10,954 bases of DNA from Bdellovibrionota bacterium (GTDB lineage: Bacteria > Bdellovibrionota_C > UBA2361 > JBIKWN01): contig JBIKWN010000076.1 of assembly GCA_044356295.1 (NCBI GenBank), positions 1 through 10,954 of the forward strand, in the 5' to 3' direction. Below are positions 1-7,010 of this stretch, piece after piece. Position numbers and translations under genes: made by a program. Below the pieces are notes generated by a model. That model saw only the letters and a program-made list of their open reading frames with translations. It was not told the DNA's origin and made no database searches. Every line of letters begins with the position of its first letter. Positions within the stretch are counted from its first letter, which is position 1.

Positions 1-1
1 C

Positions 2-1612
2 AGCGGTAAAAATCTCTCGTTGCAGTAAAGAAGTAACATCTTCAGCGGAACTTGCTGCAATTTGCATACATCCAATTAATCGAGAAAAAAATTGGGCAGA
101 AGAAACTTTAGATTTTAGAATCAATGCATCATCTTTTAAAACTGAACAGCTTCCAGATGTAATCACTTCAACAAGCTGAGACGCAGTAATAGAGGTAGGA
201 GAAATTGTTGAAAGAATTTTATTAAAAGAGATCTTTTGAGCAGTTGTGATCCCCTTCTTTTTAGAAATTGTTTTAAGATCCGAAATTTTCTTTTTGTGAT
301 CTACTGGATTTAAATCTGCAAAAAGTGAAACGATACGCTCTTCAATCAAAGAGCGATATTCTGCGCGTATATCTTTAATAAGTAACCCTAAAAAAACATC
401 TATAGAGTCAGTGTCTTTTGGACTTAGCCTGTCAAAGGCAATAAATATTTTAGCCCAATCTTCCCTAGACGGGTCTTTAATTATTTTTAGAAAGTCATCT
501 CTGATTTTTTTTGAAGCTGCTGATTTTGGAGCAATTGCAACGAGTGAATCAATAAGCTCAGGTTGATTCGCTTTTATTATCGGAAGAATTTCTGCTTCTA
601 AATCAGCAGGAATAGTACTCAGGCTTGCTCCAATAACAGCGATATTTTTCTTGTCTATGTCATCAGCACCTTTTAATGAAATACGAAGCTCAGTACCAAT
701 AATAGCTGAAGCAATATCTTGTTGTTTTTCTACGGCTTCTGAAGTTGACGTCTGACTAAGAAGTTTAAGAATACCAATCTGAAGAGTCTTAAATTCAGAA
801 ATATTGAGACTTTCAAAAACAACACGAACAATTTCGGGATGTAAGAGTGATAATTCAGGTAGTGAAGACAGAAGCGCAACCCCAACCCCTCTTTTCTTTC
901 CACCTTCCTTGATAAAATGTTGTGCCAATATCAGGGAATCAGTCTGTGAAGCAGAAGCATGTAGGATTAATTGAGCAATAGCGTATTCTGATAATGAAGA
1001 AATAATTAATCTATCGATAATGAAATCTTTTTTACGAGTAAATAGTTCAAAAAGAATATTTTGAGCAGAAGCAACTTGATGGAGCTCGAGTTCTCTGACC
1101 GAAAGATCTATTAACGATAGTATTTGAGTTTCATCAGTCACTCGAAGCGCCATTAACGATGAGGTTCTAGGGGCGCCAACTCTTAAAAACTCAGGATTAG
1201 ATATGTCATGTTCTAGAGTAAAAAGTGTTGGAATAACTTTTAATGATTCAGGTAATAGAAGAGGAAGAATTGCTAAAGCACATTCCTTTGCTGTTTGATC
1301 CCTTTCAGCATTATTAATTGCAACAAGTTCACCAATTTTTGGTTCATCGAGAGCTGCTATTCCAATACGATTAGGAGTACCGGGAGGTGGTATGTTATTA
1401 CTTCGTGCCCCCAAAGACTCTTTTGCTTTCAAAAGATTATTTAAAAAAGATGAAAAGCTATGTTTCTGATCTGGGGTTAGGGTGCCTGCAATAATTCGAG
1501 CATTGGCACAATCACTATAGATAGCCCTTTTAATATCATCCTCAGCAAAAGCTGCGGAAATTCCAAATCTAAGAAAGAGAACAAGGCATATCCCGAAATT
1601 GAAAGACTTCAT
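2..1612 (-). CDS. Large exported hypothetical protein, predicted alpha-helical (possibly HEAT/ARM-like solenoid); 3'-truncated at window edge, >=537 aa
   Basis: Manual translation from ATG at 1612 shows no stop before the window edge: MKSFNFGICLVLFLRFGISAAFA|EDDIKRAIYSDCANARII...EDVTSLLQREIFTA. The ATG overlaps the TGA of the upstream ABC gene (ATGA) and is preceded by a purine-rich GAGACAGGGG. The N-terminus looks like a Sec signal peptide with an A-F-A cleavage motif. The body is rich in Leu/Ile/Ala amphipathic segments. The fold assignment is an inference. Confidence 0.85.
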   Translation of the reverse strand, partial: MKSFNFGICLVLFLRFGISAAFAEDDIKRAIYSDCANARIIAGTLTPDQKHSFSSFLNNLLKAKESLGARSNNIPPPGTPNRIGIAALDEPKIGELVAINNAERDQTAKECALAILPLLLPESLKVIPTLFTLEHDISNPEFLRVGAPRTSSLMALRVTDETQILSLIDLSVRELELHQVASAQNILFELFTRKKDFIIDRLIISSLSEYAIAQLILHASASQTDSLILAQHFIKEGGKKRGVGVALLSSLPELSLLHPEIVRVVFESLNISEFKTLQIGILKLLSQTSTSEAVEKQQDIASAIIGTELRISLKGADDIDKKNIAVIGASLSTIPADLEAEILPIIKANQPELIDSLVAIAPKSAASKKIRDDFLKIIKDPSREDWAKIFIAFDRLSPKDTDSIDVFLGLLIKDIRAEYRSLIEERIVSLFADLNPVDHKKKISDLKTISKKKGITTAQKISFNKILSTISPTSITASQLVEVITSGSCSVLKDDALILKSKVSSAQFFSRLIGCMQIAASSAEDVTSLLQREIFTA

Positions 1613-3303
1613 ATGTCCCCTGTCTCACATTCCAAGCGCCAATTTCCTCCGCCAGTAAGATCGAGCACGACATCATGATATTTTGAAAGTGATGTGCTGT
1701 AACCAACTGAAACATAACTTTTAACTACAGATTGAAGTTTTTTGTATAAAACCTCTTCCATTTTTTGATCGAGTGCTGTGGTGGCTTCGTCGAGAAATGC
1801 ATATTTTGGTTTCGAAATAAGAAGCCTTGCAAATGAAAGTTTTTGCTGTTCACCAGTAGACAAAATATTTGGCCAATCAACGACGATGTCAAAGCCACCA
1901 AGACGATGAAACATATCCTCAAGTTTTACTGTTTGGATAATTGAAAAAAGGTATTCATCTGAAAGTGCTTTATGTTTTGATGTATAGAGAAGTTGACTTC
2001 TAAGGGTCCCAAGTACCATGTACGGACGTTGCGGTAGGTACATTGATTCTTCACGAGGTGGTGCTGTAATAATTCCTTGACCTGACCTCCATAAGCCTGC
2101 CATTACCCGAAGCATTGATGATTTTCCTGCACCACTTGTGCCAGTGATCAGTAGTGATTGCCCTACTTCGAGTTCTAAGGACATCTCTTTTAAGAGAACC
2201 TGATCTTTCTTTGGTGTATAAACAGAGACTTTTTCGAAATGTATTGCTTCACCATGCTTTAGGATAATTTGTGAGCCGATAAGATCTTTATTACTTTCAA
2301 TTGTATCAAGGGCTTCCCAGAAAGCGCCCAGTCGTGAAATCACAGCTCCAAATGAAGAGAGACTTCCAAAGTTTTGAACGATGATAGAAAGTGCGCCCAA
2401 TACTTGACCAAACGCAAACCCCGCTTGAGTAATTTTTCCAAATTCTAAATCACCATTTAAATACGCCGGCGCAACAATAACTGTAGGTAAAATAGAAACA
2501 AGATAGTTATAGCCGGTAGTGAAAAAATTAAGATTTCTGTTCCAATTAACTATCTCTAAGAGATTGATAAGAGCGATTTTTAGTTTTTGACGAGAACGTG
2601 TTTTTTCTTTCTCTTCATTTCCGTAAAAAGCGATGCTCTCTGCGTTGTCTCGGACATTGATTAACTTATATCTATAATCTGCTTCTTTTTTTAATTGAGC
2701 AAAATTTAATCCAATTAAAGGACGACCTAAAAAATAAGTTGATAGAGAACCAAAAATTGCATATCCAATCACTGAAAAAACAAGTGTTGGAGAAATAGCC
2801 CACAGAATTCCCGTAAACGAAAAAAGTGCAATGAATGAATTAAGAATAATGAGAAGGAATGAAATACTTTGCGAAGTAAAAGCACGTATATCTTCAGCGA
2901 TACGTTGATCAGGATTATCTACCCCTTGAAACGCGAACATTCGATAATAAGCACCGTTAGAAAGATAGCGGTCGATCATTTTTCGACTCAGCCACCTTCT
3001 CCAAAGAAGCGCTAGTCGCTCTTCGGTATAGCGGTAAAAAACAACAATCGGCGTTGCACATGCAAACACTAATAAGTATCGATAGAGCTGCCTAATAAAT
3101 TCATCGCTCTCTCGAAGTGAAAGAGCTGTCATAAAATCTCGCCCTACGTAACTGAGGAATACGTTTACTCCACTTACCAAGAGGGCAAATCCGAGAAGGA
3201 CGAATAAAAGACCAAGTGCAGCAAAACGCATTTCAGAAACAAAGAATGGCTTTGCTATGCTTTTGAACTGAATCCAGGTTTGGCGATTAATACGTGACGA
3301 CAC
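1609..3303 (-). CDS. ABC half-transporter, fused permease + ATPase, ABCD/YddA/BacA(Rv1819c)-like family (ABC_membrane_2)
   Basis: Multiple hydrophobic TM segments in the N-terminal ~330 aa. Family motifs DNPDQRI and EAA-like NAESIAFYGNEEKE. Walker A GTSGAGKS, Q-loop YLPQRPY, signature LSTGEQQ, Walker B FLDE and D-loop TALD. GTG start. Confidence 0.93.
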   Translation of the reverse strand: MSSRINRQTWIQFKSIAKPFFVSEMRFAALGLLFVLLGFALLVSGVNVFLSYVGRDFMTALSLRESDEFIRQLYRYLLVFACATPIVVFYRYTEERLALLWRRWLSRKMIDRYLSNGAYYRMFAFQGVDNPDQRIAEDIRAFTSQSISFLLIILNSFIALFSFTGILWAISPTLVFSVIGYAIFGSLSTYFLGRPLIGLNFAQLKKEADYRYKLINVRDNAESIAFYGNEEKEKTRSRQKLKIALINLLEIVNWNRNLNFFTTGYNYLVSILPTVIVAPAYLNGDLEFGKITQAGFAFGQVLGALSIIVQNFGSLSSFGAVISRLGAFWEALDTIESNKDLIGSQIILKHGEAIHFEKVSVYTPKKDQVLLKEMSLELEVGQSLLITGTSGAGKSSMLRVMAGLWRSGQGIITAPPREESMYLPQRPYMVLGTLRSQLLYTSKHKALSDEYLFSIIQTVKLEDMFHRLGGFDIVVDWPNILSTGEQQKLSFARLLISKPKYAFLDEATTALDQKMEEVLYKKLQSVVKSYVSVGYSTSLSKYHDVVLDLTGGGNWRLECETGDI

Positions 3304-3336
3304 TGCCCTCTATGGTATGAGGGATAAGAGATTACT

Positions 3337-3480
3337 TCAACGGGGTGAATAATGCTCTTTGGCATACTCTTCTATGGGCTGATCTTTAGTGAAAAGCTTG
3401 AACATTTGGGTACGTCCTGATGAATTGACAGAGACTAATGCATTTATATCTGGAGGTAGTGTAATTTGGGGGTTTTTCAT
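3337..3480 (-). CDS. Possible small protein, 47 aa (MKNPQITLPPDINALVSVNSSGRTQMFKLFTKDQPIEEYAKEHYSPR)
   Basis: Occupies most of the 269-bp gap between two same-strand genes. An SD-like GGAGAGGG lies 7 nt before the internal ATG at 3480, which I prefer to the ATG at 3525. No recognisable family. Confidence 0.4.
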   Translation of the reverse strand: MKNPQITLPPDINALVSVNSSGRTQMFKLFTKDQPIEEYAKEHYSPR

Positions 3481-3572
3481 TACAGAGCCCTCTCCAACGA
3501 GGCTGCCTGCTCCTTGTATAGTCATTCGTTCGAGGGTCGCTTAATGAGACTTTTTTCTAGATTTAAGCTGGT

Positions 3573-5507
3573 TCAAGTGAGTTTTAGATCTCTTATCGAT
3601 TTGGATGCAAGGTGACAAATACCAGCCTCGCACAGAAAAAATTCTGTTTCATGATTATTTGAAATTTTTTCTTTAATAGTATCGACATGAGATATTGTAT
3701 TTTTATGATGGACGAAAAGAGCGATCGTTGGGTCAAGTTGTAAAAGATCTATTTTTTCTTTTGAGACATTAATTGCAATCACTTCTCGCTCATACCTTTG
3801 TTTAGATATGAAATATCGATTCATTGCGGATGGATATGTAGCAGCAATCACTGCAAGAGAATTATCCAATGTAGTATTGATAGTAAACCATTGGTGGGAA
3901 GAAAACGCTTTGCTTAGAAATTTTGTATTTGCAAGTGAAACAGAATTCGGCGAAGGCATTGCTCCATCAACAATTTCAAAGCGCTCGACAATCAGATCGC
4001 TTGCTGATGAAGATTTATATAATCCCCGATCTGCAACCCAAAGGGCTTTATCTTGTTGTTCTTGAAGATTTTTTGCTAGCAGCAACCAGTCCTCATTGAA
4101 GTCTGATTGATAAAGGTGAATTAGGCCTTCGATAAGATATGCATAATCTTCAAGAGTTGCATTGATAGTACGTATCGTCTTAGAAAGAATTCTGTTTAGA
4201 GGTTTTTCTCTAAAAGTTAAAAAATGTCTTGCAAGTTTCTGTGCAGATTCTAAGTACGTTACAGATTTTGTTTCTCGGTATAAAACACAGAGCGCTGAAA
4301 GAATTAAGCCATTCCATGATGTAATTACTTTGTAATCACATAGGGGGCGTTCTCGTTTCTGTCTTAGCTCTCGAAGTTTTTCGTACAATGGGTCTAGTTT
4401 CTGCGAGGTAACGTCTGCGAGTGACTTTCCTACAAGCGAAATATTTCCTTCGAAATTGCCTTCTGTGGAATACTCAAAAGTTTCCGCAAGAATATTCCTT
4501 AGTTCGGTTGGTAACTCAGAAATTTCTTCAGGGCTCCAAATATAATACTCACCTTCTTTGCCAACATCGCCTGCATCTTCAGCACTCATGAATAATCCAT
4601 CTGGAGTTTGCATCTGGTACAGTAGATACGCTGCAGTTTTTATCGCAACCTGTAAAAAAGGTTGAAAGCCTGAAACTCTAAAACCTTCGACGAATGCTTG
4701 AATGAGTAGTGCATTGTCATAAATCATTTTTTCGAAGTGCGGGATTTCCCAAGAAGCATCTGTTGCATATCGATGAAACCCGCCCTCAACATGATCAAAC
4801 AATGCACGTTTACCGATATGCTCAAGGGTCGTTAAAGCAGCATGATGAAAATCTTGGGGAGCATCTGGATACATGAGTAGTGATTGTATCTGCTGACTTG
4901 GTGGAAATTTTGGTGCTGGTCCGAACCCACCATAGTTTCTATCAAAATTTCTAAGGAGCGCTTCGCACCCCCTCTTCCAACTATCTTGTAGATTATACTC
5001 TTTACCGAGCGCTCCCTTCTTTTGATTACCAGCTTCTAATGCAGCAGTAATACTTTGTGCGCTTTCCAGAATTTTCTCTGGTTCAGTTGTCCAGATCTCA
5101 TGTAAACGTTCACACAGAGAGATAAATTGTTGTTGTTTAACAAATGTACCACCCCAAAATGGTTTCTTATCGGGGGTCATAAAGATACTCATCGGCCAAC
5201 CACCGTGGCCTGTTAACCCCGTAACTACATCCATGTAGATTTGATCTACATCTGGGCGTTCTTCTCTATCGACTTTAATTGAAACAAAATTACTGTTTAA
5301 AACATCTGCAACTGACTGTATTTCGAAAGAGTCTTTCTCCATCATATGGCACCAGTAACAGGTGGCATATCCAATAGAGAGAAAAATTGGCTTATTATCT
5401 CGTTTAGCAACTTCAAATGCTTCATCGCACCAAGGATACCAATCAACAGGATTGCTTTTATGTTGCAAAAGGTACGGACTTGTTTCGCTTTGAAGATGAT
5501 TTTGCAT
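3573..5507 (-). CDS. yyaL: Thioredoxin-domain protein of the YyaL/SSP411 (SPATA20, DUF255) family with C-terminal six-hairpin glycosidase-like domain
   Basis: Family hallmarks [37 protein letters not shown] (CxWC), [47 protein letters not shown] and DGAMPSPNS. Confidence 0.93.
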   Translation of the reverse strand: MQNHLQSETSPYLLQHKSNPVDWYPWCDEAFEVAKRDNKPIFLSIGYATCYWCHMMEKDSFEIQSVADVLNSNFVSIKVDREERPDVDQIYMDVVTGLTGHGGWPMSIFMTPDKKPFWGGTFVKQQQFISLCERLHEIWTTEPEKILESAQSITAALEAGNQKKGALGKEYNLQDSWKRGCEALLRNFDRNYGGFGPAPKFPPSQQIQSLLMYPDAPQDFHHAALTTLEHIGKRALFDHVEGGFHRYATDASWEIPHFEKMIYDNALLIQAFVEGFRVSGFQPFLQVAIKTAAYLLYQMQTPDGLFMSAEDAGDVGKEGEYYIWSPEEISELPTELRNILAETFEYSTEGNFEGNISLVGKSLADVTSQKLDPLYEKLRELRQKRERPLCDYKVITSWNGLILSALCVLYRETKSVTYLESAQKLARHFLTFREKPLNRILSKTIRTINATLEDYAYLIEGLIHLYQSDFNEDWLLLAKNLQEQQDKALWVADRGLYKSSSASDLIVERFEIVDGAMPSPNSVSLANTKFLSKAFSSHQWFTINTTLDNSLAVIAATYPSAMNRYFISKQRYEREVIAINVSKEKIDLLQLDPTIALFVHHKNTISHVDTIKEKISNNHETEFFLCEAGICHLASKSIRDLKLT

Positions 5508-5527
5508 AAAATCCGAACTGATAAAAA

Positions 5528-6046
5528 TTAGTATCCTCTTACATTATGAAACTTGTGAGGAATCTGATCTGTATCAAGTGGCAGTCTATACTTGTCAGGA
5601 TCATTGTGATCATACTGAATGGTTGGAAAATTTATTATTGAGGCATCTTTTAAGCCGATATTATGTACAGCATGCCAAACGTTAATCGGAATATTCATGA
5701 TTCGGCGATTGTATTCAGAAAGAACTACTTTCGAGACCTGCTTATACGTCGAAGATTCCGGTCGTGGATCATAAAAAACAACTTCAAGTTCACCATAAAT
5801 CAAGAAATAGCGGTCTTCATGTTTTTTGTGTAGCGCCCAACCTTTTACTACATTTGGTCGCACTGTGTAGAGGTACGAGAACACCATCGGATCAGGATGC
5901 CAGTTCCATCGAGGATCATATAACTCAAATACTGAACCTCTATCATCGATATGTGTTTTTGACTCCCTAAAAGTTACACCATCGGGTAGTTTCGTTAAAT
6001 TTACTCCCTCATTGGTTACTGTGGCTACATCTTTTTTAGGTTGCAT
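5528..6046 (-). CDS. RmlC-like cupin (dTDP-4-dehydrorhamnose 3,5-epimerase-related sugar-nucleotide epimerase/isomerase)
   Basis: N-terminal D-D-R-G-x-x-x-E motif typical of RmlC/FdtA cupins, [12 protein letters not shown] segment, cupin motif 2 [12 protein letters not shown]-terminal Y..NDPDKYR. The catalytic motif is atypical (see findings). Confidence 0.8.
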   Translation of the reverse strand: MQPKKDVATVTNEGVNLTKLPDGVTFRESKTHIDDRGSVFELYDPRWNWHPDPMVFSYLYTVRPNVVKGWALHKKHEDRYFLIYGELEVVFYDPRPESSTYKQVSKVVLSEYNRRIMNIPINVWHAVHNIGLKDASIINFPTIQYDHNDPDKYRLPLDTDQIPHKFHNVRGY

Positions 6047-6066
6047 AATTTTTACCTATTAATTCT

Positions 6067-6095
6067 TTGAAGAAAGAGTGTGGATTATATAAAGT
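6067..6095 (+). promoter_or_regulatory. Candidate sigma70 promoter for the GT2 gene within a 96-bp divergent intergenic region
   Basis: TTGAAG (6067-6072), a 17-nt spacer, then TAAAGT (6090-6095), 47 nt upstream of the ATG at 6143. AT-rich DNA makes chance matches likely. Confidence 0.35.
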
Positions 6096-6142
6096 AAAGC
6101 TTTCGAAAGGAATGGGTTTGTAACTGCCTAAGAGCTTTATTT

Positions 6143-7009
6143 ATGGTCAAAAAAGCCACAATAATCATGCCGACACATGATCACGGCGAGCTAATACATA
6201 GTTCGATTAGATGTGTTCTGGCACAGACATGTGATGATTTTGAATTTTTCATTATTGGTGATGGAACGCCTGAAATAACAAAACAAATTATAAAGGAATA
6301 TCAACAGAAGGATTCTCGAATCTCGTATTTTGATTTCCCGAAAGGTCCAAGACTTGGAGAAGCATACCGCCATGAAGTGCTGCAAAAAGCTTCAGGCAAA
6401 ATTGTCTGTTATGTCGCAGATGATGACATCTGGCTTCCTCATCATGTTGAATATATGTATGAACTACTTGAAGACAAAGATTTTGCACAAGCTTTTCGTC
6501 TTACGGTGCTCCCTGACGATAAAATCTTTATTGGTGATGGTCATTTTGACGTACCATGGCACAGAAGTGATCTTTTAGCAGGAAGAAATTTTGTTGGGCT
6601 TACTGCTGCTGCACATACTTTGTCGTTTTATCAAAAACTTCCCTTTGGATGGCGAACAACTCCGGTAGGGATTCCGACTGATCTCTATATGTGGCAACAG
6701 TTCTTAAATCAGGACTCATGCCGTCCTGTTACTGGGCTTCGCCCATCGGTTATCGGTTTAGCTCAGGCGTTAAGAAATGAATCATCTTTTGACCAGCGCC
6801 TCGATGAACTACTAAGGTGGGAATCGTTTGCTGGGGCAAGCAATGCCGAACAAAAGGCTTCGGAATTAGCTCTCGATTTTCTTTTATTTAGAAGAGCAGA
6901 ACTCGAGAAAGCATATCAAGAACATCAAATTGCTTACCGTAATCATCTTCAAGTTGTTGCAGATTACGAATCGAAGCTCGCTGCATCGAATCAACCGTTG
7001 AAAGATTAG
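6143..7009 (+). CDS. Glycosyltransferase family 2 (GT-A fold) with C-terminal helical/coiled-coil-like tail
   Basis: ATIIMPTHDH...SIRCVLAQT..DFEFFIIGDG N-terminal GT2 signature, ASGKIVCYVADDDIW (DxD motif) and a TDLYMW acceptor-region motif. The tail RRAELEKAYQEHQIAYRNHLQVVADYESKL is amphipathic. Confidence 0.9.
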   Translation: MVKKATIIMPTHDHGELIHSSIRCVLAQTCDDFEFFIIGDGTPEITKQIIKEYQQKDSRISYFDFPKGPRLGEAYRHEVLQKASGKIVCYVADDDIWLPHHVEYMYELLEDKDFAQAFRLTVLPDDKIFIGDGHFDVPWHRSDLLAGRNFVGLTAAAHTLSFYQKLPFGWRTTPVGIPTDLYMWQQFLNQDSCRPVTGLRPSVIGLAQALRNESSFDQRLDELLRWESFAGASNAEQKASELALDFLLFRRAELEKAYQEHQIAYRNHLQVVADYESKLAASNQPLKD

Positions 7010-7010
7010 A

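Noticed and set aside
3304..3572. Cobalamin riboswitch upstream of a BacA-like (possible B12) transporter
   Set aside because: No recognisable cobalamin riboswitch core (GGGAA...GCCCCCGCAACTGT or B12 box) on the - strand.
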